The position numbers and the translations under genes were made by a program. DNA of 64,000 bases from a virus (Duplodnaviria; Caudoviricetes). The notes below the pieces were generated by a model, which did no database searches, was not told the DNA's origin, and saw only the letters and a program-made list of their open reading frames with translations. The stretch lies in the IMG/VR virus record IMGVR_UViG_3300009031_000221, positions 352,001 through 416,000 of that record. One strand, given 5' to 3'. Positions 1 to 9,067 of the stretch are shown piece by piece (within the stretch, counting starts at the first letter, position 1; every line of letters starts with the position of its first letter).

Positions 1-450
1 GAGAAGGGTGTTTCGTACTACCCAACCTGGATAATCTACCACGGGATATTGGTCGATCGAATACGAATAGGATACCATCGCGGGTTCATGTGCGGAGTAT
101 TCAACACCTAACAGGTCACATGACATATCCCGATCTGCTCGCATCATGGGGCCAAAGGTGATTTTGTGTTTGCCCGTATGCTCTGGATGGCGAACAATTC
201 TACCTTCACCTTCCCAGGGGCCGTCAAAGAAGTCCATCCATAAAGCGGAACGTCGATACTGCTTTGTGTCTAAGTTCGCCCAGTAAACTACGCCAAGCAT
301 TTGCCCATTTTTCAACAACCTAATGAACTTGGTATTAGGCGGATTAGCTGTAATGATACGATCCCCCAACGGAGATGCGGAAGCGATACTAGGAATTGTC
401 AAGGCCAGTGCGCCCAATCCCATATTAGCTAGGAAGTTTCTACGGTTCAT
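1..450 (-). CDS. Tat-signal protein, paralog of 447-902; runs off the window edge and is absent from the ORF track
   Basis: Manual translation from ATG 450 is open to base 1: MNRRNFLANMGLGALALTIPSIASA-SPLGDRIIT...LGVVYWANLDTKQYRRSALWMDFFDGPWEGEGRIVRH...YSIDQYPVVDY. ATGA overlap with the upstream stop. Confidence 0.8.
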   Translation of the reverse strand, partial: MNRRNFLANMGLGALALTIPSIASASPLGDRIITANPPNTKFIRLLKNGQMLGVVYWANLDTKQYRRSALWMDFFDGPWEGEGRIVRHPEHTGKHKITFGPMMRADRDMSCDLLGVEYSAHEPAMVSYSYSIDQYPVVDYPGWVVRNTLL

Positions 451-902
451 GGATCCACCTTCAGGTCAGGGAACAATGCCTGGATTTCTAGGGATGTATT
501 CGAGCCTAATACGGCTTCATCGAATACACCTTCAACTGTCAAAGGGGTCGTACGGCAGTTTGCCTTGGGATCCCCGTAGGCGGGATACTGGTTGAGGTAA
601 TCCACTACGGGGTATTGATCGATCGAGTATTTTCTATTTGCGGGGAGGAGATGTGCCAATCCGGCATCATTTGCGTCCAACTCGTGGAGGGTGCTGTGTG
701 TCATTTCTGTTACATCAGCCCTGTGACGTACGATTCTGCCGCCACCTTCCCACGGGCCATCAATGAAGTCCATCCACAAAGCGGTGCGGTGGTATTCCTT
801 GGTGTCTAGGTTGGCCCAGTAGACCACACCTAGTTGCTTCCCGCCTTTCAATAGGCGGATATATCCGGCACCAGGGCTATCGAGGGTGATAATGCGTTCC
901 AT
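447..902 (-). CDS. hypothetical protein, paralog of 1-450
   Basis: Shares LGVVYWANLDTK, ALWMDF.DGPWEG.GRIVRH and YSIDQYPVVDY blocks with 1-450. Confidence 0.8.
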   Translation of the reverse strand: MERIITLDSPGAGYIRLLKGGKQLGVVYWANLDTKEYHRTALWMDFIDGPWEGGGRIVRHRADVTEMTHSTLHELDANDAGLAHLLPANRKYSIDQYPVVDYLNQYPAYGDPKANCRTTPLTVEGVFDEAVLGSNTSLEIQALFPDLKVDP

Positions 903-911
903 TGAGGCCTC

Positions 912-1391
912 TCAGTTGACAGGTTCAGCTATCCAGCTTACGGATTGGATCTCTTTGGCGCCCTTGAATACCTTGACTACCACTCGGGACACGAAGGGAA
1001 CCTTGGAAGCCTTGGCTACAATAGCCTTTGCCCCGTCTGGATCCGTAGCTACCCAACGGCCCACAAACTCATACCCGCCAGGGATGAAGTTTATACCACC
1101 TTCCCGACGATACCCCCAATGGGATGCAATATGCATGAAGTGCTCACGGAATACCGGTTGCATCAGCTTACGGTGCTCTTTGATGGTAGTTTCCGCCGTG
1201 TATTCCATCGGGTAATCAATGTACGTGTAATAGGTATAGGGATAGCAGGAAGACTCGAGGCTATCGATCTGCTTCATCATGTTAGCGTCATTCGGGTCTA
1301 CCTTGACGATCTTGGTACTCACGGGTTCTCCAAAGGATTGTAGGGATTGCATTTCATGCAATCTTAGTGATATTACGAAGTGCTCGGTCAA
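912..1391 (-). CDS. hypothetical protein
   Basis: 159-aa ORF in the minus-strand gene run. Confidence 0.6.
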   Translation of the reverse strand: MTEHFVISLRLHEMQSLQSFGEPVSTKIVKVDPNDANMMKQIDSLESSCYPYTYYTYIDYPMEYTAETTIKEHRKLMQPVFREHFMHIASHWGYRREGGINFIPGGYEFVGRWVATDPDGAKAIVAKASKVPFVSRVVVKVFKGAKEIQSVSWIAEPVN

Positions 1392-2163
1392 TCGCTAAGA
1401 AGTTTGCTACCGGCATAGCGGAGGCTCCTGTATAGACTGCAATTTGAGCAATGCTGCCTTTCCAGGGTGCCCCTGCACCATTATTGCGGGATCCAATGTT
1501 CAATACGTCTGTGGAAAAACCATCCGTATTGTCGGCGAAAGATGATCCTGTCGTTGGGAATTCTGATCCATTGATATACAACATCAGTTCAGTTCGGTCG
1601 GATACTGATTTGTCATTGACACAAGCATAGCACACCATGTTTGTGTATCCATAGGTACTAATACGGTAATTCGTACCACCAGGGCTGTTGACATAGGTAG
1701 CAATGCCTCCCGTAGCACCCCCGGTTGAGTCATACAGGGCAAAAATTCCGTAAGTTGCGGTATACCCAGCGGTGCCGGATTCGCAAATTATTGATTGTGC
1801 CCCTGCTGGCTGAACCGCGGCTTGTGTGAACACCATGAATACGGTCACACTTTGATTGTCCGCAAAAGCTAGATTGCCCGACACTAAAGCATGTGTAGTA
1901 CCATTGAATGTAACTACCGGGATCGTCGCCAAGGTTCCGGCGATTGGTTGTTTAGCCCCCGTCGCTTGGGCAGCCGATATGCTGTTTTTACGGTCAACCC
2001 ATGAGGATACCGCACCCGCCGCCAATGTCCGGGCGTCCCACCAGGCTAATAGCGTTGTCCCCGCAGGCGGGTATAGCACGACATTATCATCGTTGCCTAC
2101 CCCTTGGGGGCCCCAAGAGGATGCCTGCTTGGTAAATTGACCCTGAATGCGGGATCGGCTCAT
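1354..2163 (-). CDS. LamG/concanavalin-like virion (tail fibre/spike-associated) protein
   Basis: WWDA...VSSWVDRKNS...A.Q...QP motif; LYING; LNIG.R...WKG.IAQIAVY; G/T/S rich. Confidence 0.6.
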   Translation of the reverse strand: MSRSRIQGQFTKQASSWGPQGVGNDDNVVLYPPAGTTLLAWWDARTLAAGAVSSWVDRKNSISAAQATGAKQPIAGTLATIPVVTFNGTTHALVSGNLAFADNQSVTVFMVFTQAAVQPAGAQSIICESGTAGYTATYGIFALYDSTGGATGGIATYVNSPGGTNYRISTYGYTNMVCYACVNDKSVSDRTELMLYINGSEFPTTGSSFADNTDGFSTDVLNIGSRNNGAGAPWKGSIAQIAVYTGASAMPVANFLAIDRALRNITKIA

Positions 2164-2522
2164 GGGACATACCTATCTACGGTACCCGAAATCAGAATCT
2201 TATTAGCTGTCCCTGCGTAAGCGTAGACAAACAGGGCGTTGTTCAGCCTCTCTGCATCAATTACAAGCGTTTTTCCGGCTTGTGCAGGTATTGATATTTT
2301 TGTCTCATCCCCTGCGGCAGTGCCCCCCCATTGGATTGTAAGCACAATGGATACTGTATCTATGTTGGTGGCATACAAAGTTATTTTGTCAAATGATGTC
2401 GTGCCTGTAACAGACTTGTGGATTGTGGTTCCCGTAGAAGCCACAGCAGCCACGGTAATCTGTTTCCCGGTACCTGTGAGAGTACCCGCCGGATCCAGGT
2501 GAATGGGGGTTATGGTGGCCAT
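2160..2522 (-). CDS. putative virion structural protein
   Basis: T/G/A-rich beta-type sequence inside the structural cluster. Confidence 0.55.
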   Translation of the reverse strand: MATITPIHLDPAGTLTGTGKQITVAAVASTGTTIHKSVTGTTSFDKITLYATNIDTVSIVLTIQWGGTAAGDETKISIPAQAGKTLVIDAERLNNALFVYAYAGTANKILISGTVDRYVP

Positions 2523-2533
2523 GTTTGTACTCC

Positions 2534-2755
2534 CTACCTACCGAACCATTCGGATACCGCAATAGCATTGTCTACATAGCTCTTGGTGCCTAAGTCATTA
2601 CTGCCTACGGGAGTATCCCCCCGAACGATGACATAGCCCGTATCGGTTGAATTGCGTGTTTCCACAACTCCAGAGTTGTTCTTTATGATCGGCCCGCCTA
2701 ACCCAATCTGGAAAGTGGCTTCTACCGTACCCTTGATTTTCGACCAAAGAGACAT
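2534..2755 (-). CDS. small virion protein, paralogous to the N-terminus of 2767-3588
   Basis: MSLWSKIKGTVEATFQIGLGGP...VRGDTPVGSNDLGTKSYVD; DLxTKxYV tail-fibre-type motif. Confidence 0.65.
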   Translation of the reverse strand: MSLWSKIKGTVEATFQIGLGGPIIKNNSGVVETRNSTDTGYVIVRGDTPVGSNDLGTKSYVDNAIAVSEWFGR

Positions 2756-2766
2756 CCACCCACCTA

Positions 2767-3588
2767 TTAAGCGTCAGGCATGGTGTACTTGACGATACAG
2801 AATCCTGCACCTGCAGCCGGGATCACACCCCCTACGGTGACCGTAACCTCGATTTCGGTCACTCCCCAGTCCGTATCCTGCATGGATTGGTATATCCCAG
2901 CAACCGTAGCAAGATTGTCGGACGTAGATTGGAGCAAAGCCAATGATAAAGTACGACCTACGGTGATGGTCGTACCTGCGTCGTATGGAGTCACGATGTC
3001 TAAGGTGGCTTCCGTTACCACGGCATTAGCCGGAATCTTGGCCGTGGATGCCTGTGTTGCCGCGAGCGCAATTGGCATACGGAGTTCCCGAATCGCTCCA
3101 GATACCCCACTAGGGCCCGCGGCTATCCAGGACACCCCATCGGTGTCCCACACGTAAGGGGAGTCTGCTTTGAACGTTACCGTGCCTCCCGTCAAAGCCA
3201 CAGTCGTTACGATCATTCGGGCTGCTGCGGGGATGATCGTCAGCGGTAGCCCATCATTCAACCCGTTATCCCAGATCAATTCACCAATGGCTGCGACACC
3301 ACCCGTTGTAGACACTACGTAGTAGCGACGAGTAACTGTGTTGTTGGTCAATGCAACCGCACCATCCCACTCCCCCGTCACGATGGTTGGGGCAGCTACC
3401 GTCCCAACATACATCTTGGTGGTGAGATCATTATCGCCAATCGGTGTCGCACCTCGAACGATAGCATATCCGGAATCCGCTGAATTGCGGGCGTCCACTG
3501 CACCGGAACTGTCTTTCAATAAAGGGCCCCCCAAACCAAGTTGGAAACGATCCTCAATGGTTCCTATAATTTTCGACCATAGCGACAT
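2767..3588 (-). CDS. putative virion/tail-fibre-associated protein
   Basis: MSLWSKIIGTIEDRFQLGLGGP...DNDLTTKMYV; G/T/V rich. Confidence 0.65.
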   Translation of the reverse strand: MSLWSKIIGTIEDRFQLGLGGPLLKDSSGAVDARNSADSGYAIVRGATPIGDNDLTTKMYVGTVAAPTIVTGEWDGAVALTNNTVTRRYYVVSTTGGVAAIGELIWDNGLNDGLPLTIIPAAARMIVTTVALTGGTVTFKADSPYVWDTDGVSWIAAGPSGVSGAIRELRMPIALAATQASTAKIPANAVVTEATLDIVTPYDAGTTITVGRTLSLALLQSTSDNLATVAGIYQSMQDTDWGVTEIEVTVTVGGVIPAAGAGFCIVKYTMPDA

Positions 3589-3590
3589 AA

Positions 3591-4028
3591 TTAACCTCTC
3601 ACACCGTAAAAGATGAATCCTTCACCTTGAGTTGATATCCCGGGCGTAATCAGGAATCGAAGGAACTCCGGTATTGTCACATCTAGGATGTTGCTGTCCG
3701 CGAATTGCCCTACCGTAACTGGGGATAGATCAAGAAACAAACTGGGTGTCGCTGCTGTCCCCAACCTGGTTCGGGCGGCGGGATCGTTAAATGCTGTTGT
3801 GATAACAATCTGTACTCGGTCCACTTGTTGCCCGACAACCAAGGCTTGTAATACCATAGGTGATATAGTCGTATGTGTGAAAGGCACCTTTAGAACCTTA
3901 TAAAAACCACCAGGCGGGAACATGGCCTGCAATGCCGTGATTTCATCTTTGGCGACCTGTAACTGTGCCCGAACATCATTGAAGGCAGACCCGTGAGTGG
4001 GTAGCGTCGTATCGATGTTGGAAGCCAT
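3591..4028 (-). CDS. putative virion structural protein
   Basis: V..V.I.ITTAFND motif resembling the C-terminal domain of 2767-3588. Confidence 0.5.
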   Translation of the reverse strand: MASNIDTTLPTHGSAFNDVRAQLQVAKDEITALQAMFPPGGFYKVLKVPFTHTTISPMVLQALVVGQQVDRVQIVITTAFNDPAARTRLGTAATPSLFLDLSPVTVGQFADSNILDVTIPEFLRFLITPGISTQGEGFIFYGVRG

Positions 4029-4036
4029 ACATTCAC

Positions 4037-4864
4037 CTATGCGGGATCAATTTGGCACCCCATCGTATATTCCCCGACCGGAATAGGCGTACCAATAGCA
4101 TCACCGCATAACAATACCATTGAAGTGAACCTTGCTTCCTCGAGAAGCATCGCTTCATTCGCCTTCAACAAATCAATCAAGTATCTGGAGGAACTTGTCA
4201 ATGTACATGCAGCCTTATCCAGCACGCTCATCTTGAGCCGCTTCCGCTCCTGATTCAGGCACGCCAACACTTCCCGTAGCATGAAGTCATCCCGGAGTTC
4301 CTGATCCAATGCCGTGTCCAACCACACAATCATGTCGGGCTCGATGATAAGCGGCAACCCATCCTTAGGCTTGACCGTGAATACCAAATCCTCCGGCATT
4401 AGCATAACATCATGCAATGTGATAGATCCAACGTTAGCCATTTCCTCACGGTAATGATCAATCTCGGTGCTATTCCACTGCGAAACCGTCTGTTTGATGG
4501 TAGGCAGCGCCTTCCCGGCTTTCCTACCCAACGTGGGGAAGTTCAACTTGACTTCGGAATCTAACAGGTTATGCCATTTATCCTCGACCCAGGCCACACG
4601 GCGAACGTTCAGTTCTTCCGTGATGTAGGACTCATATACGGACGATTCACAGTAGCCCTTGTACGTGCAGGGCACGAAGAAGTTGTGGTCTACATGGTAC
4701 TCATAGTCCTTGAAACAAACGGAGATTTTGTTCAAGCGCTGCCTAGTATGCATTCCGGTCTTGTTCCGTAGGCTATGCCCGATGGCACAAATACGTCGGA
4801 TCAATGCCATCCTACGCATCAAATGATCGGATTCAAACCCACGTACGGAATAGTCTAGATTCAT
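4037..4864 (-). CDS. stand-alone C-terminal domain of type-2 isoleucyl-tRNA synthetase (DUF5915-like)
   Basis: RMALIRRICAIGHSLRNKTGMHTRQRL; ITEELNVRRV; KLNFPTLGRKAGK; VWLDTALDQELRDDFMLRE..RK. No HIGH/KMSKS catalytic core. Confidence 0.75.
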   Translation of the reverse strand: MNLDYSVRGFESDHLMRRMALIRRICAIGHSLRNKTGMHTRQRLNKISVCFKDYEYHVDHNFFVPCTYKGYCESSVYESYITEELNVRRVAWVEDKWHNLLDSEVKLNFPTLGRKAGKALPTIKQTVSQWNSTEIDHYREEMANVGSITLHDVMLMPEDLVFTVKPKDGLPLIIEPDMIVWLDTALDQELRDDFMLREVLACLNQERKRLKMSVLDKAACTLTSSSRYLIDLLKANEAMLLEEARFTSMVLLCGDAIGTPIPVGEYTMGCQIDPA

Positions 4865-5427
4865 TTGCGTTTGCCCTCGTGAGGGGGTTGAAGTAGCTTA
4901 GGGTTCCCCACGATATCCTCTGGTTTCCCTGCCAATAGCATCTGTTGTGCCGCAAGAACTGCCCAACAGGACGAAGATGAGTGGATGGTTTGGTAGTAAC
5001 CTAGCAGCACGTCAGGACGGACGACATGCCATCCTTGAGGAGTCTGGATGCTCTCAACGTCCTTCACGAAGAAGTCAATGGTCAGGCGGAAGGCAGGGTT
5101 CCTACCATCATCTTCAGTCTTTTCGTACCGGCGAAAGTCCTCAGGGGAAGGTAGCCGATCGTACTTGGTTGCGACCTTGCTGAATCCATTGGACAGCAGG
5201 AGGCCCATGACGAGGTGAACCTTCTTTGAAGGCACCATCAAGTCCAAATCCTTGTGATCATGTGCGTGTTTGTATTCGGGATGCCCTGGGGGAGACATAA
5301 AGTGCCACGCCCAGCCGCCTGAAAGGACGACATGGTCACGTAGGATATCAAGGACTGGCAGCATAGCGTCGATGCGATACTGCGGCCATAGCTCCCCATA
5401 ACGGGCAGGATTGTGCGGATTACTCAT
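4861..5427 (-). CDS. nucleotidyltransferase-superfamily protein
   Basis: VLSGGWA...HKDLDLMV and IDFF motifs of the pol-beta-like NTase fold. Start moved to MSNPHN because a promoter motif lies at 5457-5483. Confidence 0.65.
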   Translation of the reverse strand: MSNPHNPARYGELWPQYRIDAMLPVLDILRDHVVLSGGWAWHFMSPPGHPEYKHAHDHKDLDLMVPSKKVHLVMGLLLSNGFSKVATKYDRLPSPEDFRRYEKTEDDGRNPAFRLTIDFFVKDVESIQTPQGWHVVRPDVLLGYYQTIHSSSSCWAVLAAQQMLLAGKPEDIVGNPKLLQPPHEGKRK

Positions 5428-5453
5428 GTGGACACCTGAACGATAGTCTAGGG

Positions 5454-5939
5454 CTATTCTACGCAGTGGCCGCGGTAAGTAAGCTCCTTGGGCCGTTCCC
5501 ACTTGACACGCTTTTTCAATGTGTCATTCCACTGGAACCATCCCCTAGACAAATCTCCCGAACCATTGCATTCGCAGTAGGCGCATCGTTCTACCCACGG
5601 TGTCACGCACGTTCCATCCATGCGGTGGATAAGGTGCAACTCGACTGAATTTGTAGACGTATCCTTGCCAATCTGATGCTCTTTAGCTGTTATGATATTC
5701 CACTCATGGTAGTTATACCAGGGCTGTGTCCCTGCAAGGTTAGGCCGCTCGGTACCTACTATGTCTATCTGCGCTACTACGTCTTGCTGAGGTTCCCCAT
5801 AACGTGCGTAGACCATGATCGGATCCCCTACCTTGAGAGGGCATGGCGGGGCCACGTAGGACTCACAACGCTTTGCATCCTCCGGGTTGTCCCATATATG
5901 ACCGCAGGCTTCACATTGGTAGGTTGTCAGAATCTTCAT
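5454..5939 (-). CDS. hypothetical Zn-finger protein
   Basis: YQCEACGH...C and CAYCEC motifs. Confidence 0.6.
   Translation of the reverse strand: MKILTTYQCEACGHIWDNPEDAKRCESYVAPPCPLKVGDPIMVYARYGEPQQDVVAQIDIVGTERPNLAGTQPWYNYHEWNIITAKEHQIGKDTSTNSVELHLIHRMDGTCVTPWVERCAYCECNGSGDLSRGWFQWNDTLKKRVKWERPKELTYRGHCVE
5457..5483 (-). promoter_or_regulatory. conserved phage promoter-like motif, copy 1
   Basis: + strand ttctacgc-agtggccgcggt-aagtaag. Confidence 0.7.
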
Positions 5940-6094
5940 TGATCAAACCTTAGGGGTTCCCGATCTTGTCTAGCCTTGCATCCCTTCCGCCGGCACCAAC
6001 GAGTCCAAGGAGGTTTGCATTCCCTACCCCAAACCCACTCCGTCCATTTGTGAAGCCCAAATCGGCATAAGAAACTAGGGACTTCCTCGTCCAT
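5936..6094 (-). CDS. small Cys/His phage protein (52 aa, below the ORF-track cutoff)
   Basis: MDEEVPSFLCRFGLHKWTEW...RWCRRKGC; fills the gap with ATGA overlaps. Confidence 0.55.
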   Translation of the reverse strand: MDEEVPSFLCRFGLHKWTEWVWGRECKPPWTRWCRRKGCKARQDREPLRFDQ

Positions 6095-7770
6095 CATGAA
6101 CGCCTCTTCGCTAACGGCAACCAGTACGTGCCTTCACACAGGAAGGGCAACCCCGTAGTAGATGACTCCCAGCATGGCGTAGGATACCGCTTATCGGATT
6201 TCAACTGCCCGACGTGGAAGAACGGCGAGGCGTCAATGACGACCTCCACTCCCGGGGCAGGAAGTTCCTGGGTCGAATCCCGCCAACGAAGCCTATCCGC
6301 GACTTCATCCGCAAGATTTTCAACCGTATTGACTCCCGTGAATACATCCCCAGCCTTGCACCCGATCAACTCAGGCTGATCCTTATCGGTCAGGACATAG
6401 CCCAAAGCCCGACCCAGAATCTGATCTACCTCGCGAGATGATTTGAGGCACGCATCCTTCCAATGCTTGACATCGTGCATCAACTCTTGAACCTTCGTCT
6501 GAAGGCGAGAGATCTCAAATTCCGTTGCTGCATGCCCCGTGCTTCCCAATCCCTTGAACTGCTGCTCAACCGGTGGTGCCGGAACCTTCTCCGTAAATAT
6601 GCCCACGGGGTTATCCACTGAGAATGCCTGCTCAATAGCCTTAGTCGGGGATACTTCTTGCAGCCGGATACGGAAACTCGCCATGTCCTTCCAAGGGAAA
6701 TTCTTGGGATCCGTTTCATCCGTGTACGCAATCAGAACAGGCAAGCTATACAGGCTACGACTGTGATACCATGTCATCAAACTATCAAAATCATGGAAGT
6801 TGTATGTCAAACCCAAAGCCTTGAGCTTCCATTCCTTCGGTGCCGTCCAACCAATGGGTTCCGTTTCCGTAGGCTTCGTTTCCTCGGGCTCTTCCTCGAA
6901 CTGGTCCCTTTCCTTCCAGTTCTCATCGAACTCTTTCTGAGCCATTGCCTTGTTGAAAGCATCGGTAGGCGTATGCCAATATCGGAGTTGTTCACGGAAG
7001 GATTCAAAAAGCTTCCACGTCTTCCCCTGCGTATTGGACACAAGCCAATCGGACATGAGCCAAAGTGTATGCTGACTTGAGTCGTATAGCGTCATTGCAA
7101 GATCCACCCATTCCAGCATCTTGTAATGATCGGAGAAAGGCCAAGTCTCCTCATCGGAAATCTTCAGGAGCCACGGGGAGTCTAGTGGAACCGCCACGAG
7201 ATCAAACGTACCCTTCGTGAAGGTGTACGTGTCCGCAACCACATGGAACGGCTGTCCCGTAGCCACCATGACGCTATAGATGGCGTCATAGGACTTCCAA
7301 GTCTTGCCGTCATCCTTGGATACGATCCTGTTCTCCTTGTCCGTGAAAGTTCCCGCCCACGCAAGCAAATCCTTCGTGGACTTGAAGTTTATGCCGATCT
7401 GGCCGTCGTACTTCACCTTCCACTTGACCGGCTTGCCGGGGCATTCATCGGTTTCGCCATCCGGATACTCATGGCAGATCGAACACCTCCCATGAAGGTC
7501 ATCTACATCATGCTGCAACTGTGCTACGTGCTTGACCGATTCCCCAGGGCAATTCTCGTTCTCATTGGCGTCCGTCATATCCACGCCGCAGTTCCCGCAG
7601 TGATCCAGAGGTCGGCAGCATGCGGTAGCTCTATTGTGCTTCATGTTCGTTTTCCTTTCATCGTCGTCTAGGATGACACCAGCATAATCCCAATCACATA
7701 CGGTACACTTGAACTGTGCCAAGTGTATTTCTACCATCTTGGCGCCGCACTCAATGCAAAATTCCATCAT
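6094..7770 (-). CDS. multidomain hypothetical protein (Cys-rich N-terminus, three internal repeats, DUF551-like C-terminus)
   Basis: CxxC clusters; three W-x-L/V...F...L..W...(K/P)TW/PW units; W...T.ELP...VEV...YWLPL tail. Confidence 0.65.
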   Translation of the reverse strand: MMEFCIECGAKMVEIHLAQFKCTVCDWDYAGVILDDDERKTNMKHNRATACCRPLDHCGNCGVDMTDANENENCPGESVKHVAQLQHDVDDLHGRCSICHEYPDGETDECPGKPVKWKVKYDGQIGINFKSTKDLLAWAGTFTDKENRIVSKDDGKTWKSYDAIYSVMVATGQPFHVVADTYTFTKGTFDLVAVPLDSPWLLKISDEETWPFSDHYKMLEWVDLAMTLYDSSQHTLWLMSDWLVSNTQGKTWKLFESFREQLRYWHTPTDAFNKAMAQKEFDENWKERDQFEEEPEETKPTETEPIGWTAPKEWKLKALGLTYNFHDFDSLMTWYHSRSLYSLPVLIAYTDETDPKNFPWKDMASFRIRLQEVSPTKAIEQAFSVDNPVGIFTEKVPAPPVEQQFKGLGSTGHAATEFEISRLQTKVQELMHDVKHWKDACLKSSREVDQILGRALGYVLTDKDQPELIGCKAGDVFTGVNTVENLADEVADRLRWRDSTQELPAPGVEVVIDASPFFHVGQLKSDKRYPTPCWESSTTGLPFLCEGTYWLPLAKRRS

Positions 7771-8276
7771 CGATCCTTCACCAAGGTTAGGAGCTTCTTG
7801 GCGAACTTCTTCCGCAACCGAAGGTACAAGGCTTTCCCTTCCGCGATAGCCTCTACAGATTCCTTTTCGAGGGGAGGATTGTCAATCCAGTTGTTGCAAT
7901 ATCGGATTTGGTACTCAAGGCGCTTCCGGTGAATATCCGGGTCTTTCCAACCCATCATTTCATCCGTCACGCCTAGCAGGTACATACAGACGGTACCAAT
8001 ACCAGGGTCATATTGCATGACCAAGGAAGGCATATGGCTTTCACTCAGTTCAACACCCCGATCAGCCAACAACTGCTTCAGCCTATCCGCCTCGGCAAAT
8101 GCGTTGTCCTTCTTGACATCCATGAATACATTCGGAGTCTCGAGGGCGCATTCCATGAAGCATTGAACGTTCGAGATGCCATCACCTGAGTCTGTCGTGA
8201 TGAACCTATGGTCTTGCAACCAAGCCACAAGGTTTACGATTCCCGGTGTGATCTCTTTCTCAAAATCATTCATCAT
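7767..8276 (-). CDS. hypothetical protein
   Basis: Start moved to MMNDFEK, which overlaps the upstream stop and removes a 200-nt overlap. Confidence 0.6.
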   Translation of the reverse strand: MMNDFEKEITPGIVNLVAWLQDHRFITTDSGDGISNVQCFMECALETPNVFMDVKKDNAFAEADRLKQLLADRGVELSESHMPSLVMQYDPGIGTVCMYLLGVTDEMMGWKDPDIHRKRLEYQIRYCNNWIDNPPLEKESVEAIAEGKALYLRLRKKFAKKLLTLVKDR

Positions 8277-8763
8277 GTCCGCCAAATAGATCCAGGATGG
8301 TGTCAGGAGGAGGGGGCAAGGGTTCCCCATTCCGTACATCCCACGATACCCCATCCAGTATGACTTTCCACCCAGCCTGATCCAACAATTTCGCAGCCCA
8401 CGTTCTATGGCACATACCTGCCGCTGCATCGCCCCTACCGCATGCACAACAAAGGGTGTCCCCATCTTCTATCAGGGCGTCCTGGGGCATTTCTGTGCCC
8501 TCCACGGGTAGCCAAACCATCAGTGTCCCAGGGGATAATACGTCATGGGAAATAGATGCCAGGAAACGCTTCTTGTATTCGGAGAACTTGATCTTCCTAT
8601 CCCGCATCGCTACCAAATCCGCGACCTTGGGTGTCAGGGCAGGTACAAAGCCTTCCCCATGTTCCCAGGAACGAGGGCAAGCCATGATGGAGAACTTACG
8701 TCCGGGGCCATGATGACCAGGAGATGCGTGGCTGGACCAGTTCGATAGGTAGATCGTCGGCAT
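8266..8763 (-). CDS. DUF488-like protein
   Basis: IYLSNWS...SIM..PR...LTP...EYKKRF...TLCC.C...CHR..AA. Confidence 0.6.
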   Translation of the reverse strand: MPTIYLSNWSSHASPGHHGPGRKFSIMACPRSWEHGEGFVPALTPKVADLVAMRDRKIKFSEYKKRFLASISHDVLSPGTLMVWLPVEGTEMPQDALIEDGDTLCCACGRGDAAAGMCHRTWAAKLLDQAGWKVILDGVSWDVRNGEPLPPPPDTILDLFGGHDE

Positions 8764-8765
8764 GG

Positions 8766-9065
8766 CTATACGGATTCTGTATCCGTCTCCAGTTCCATCT
8801 TGAGGATCATCATGGCATTGGCAACGTCCCTACGAACGCCCAGGCCAATCAGGGCATCGAATACGATGCGTTGCTTTGCCATCCCTTCTACCACAATCTG
8901 GATACAAGGTTCGCAGGCATAGAAGGGTTCGGACAGATCCCCATCTTCTGCCTGTTCCACCAGGATTGGGTTGACATCGAATGCATCAGGGTCAACCGCC
9001 AGGACGTGCTTCTTCCCAGGTTCCCCGCAGCGACCGCATGCGTGAAGTGATACTACATTGCTCAT
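8766..9065 (-). CDS. hypothetical Zn-finger protein
   Basis: CGRCG...CEPC; start moved to MSNVV. Confidence 0.55.
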   Translation of the reverse strand: MSNVVSLHACGRCGEPGKKHVLAVDPDAFDVNPILVEQAEDGDLSEPFYACEPCIQIVVEGMAKQRIVFDALIGLGVRRDVANAMMILKMELETDTESV

Positions 9066-9067
9066 TA

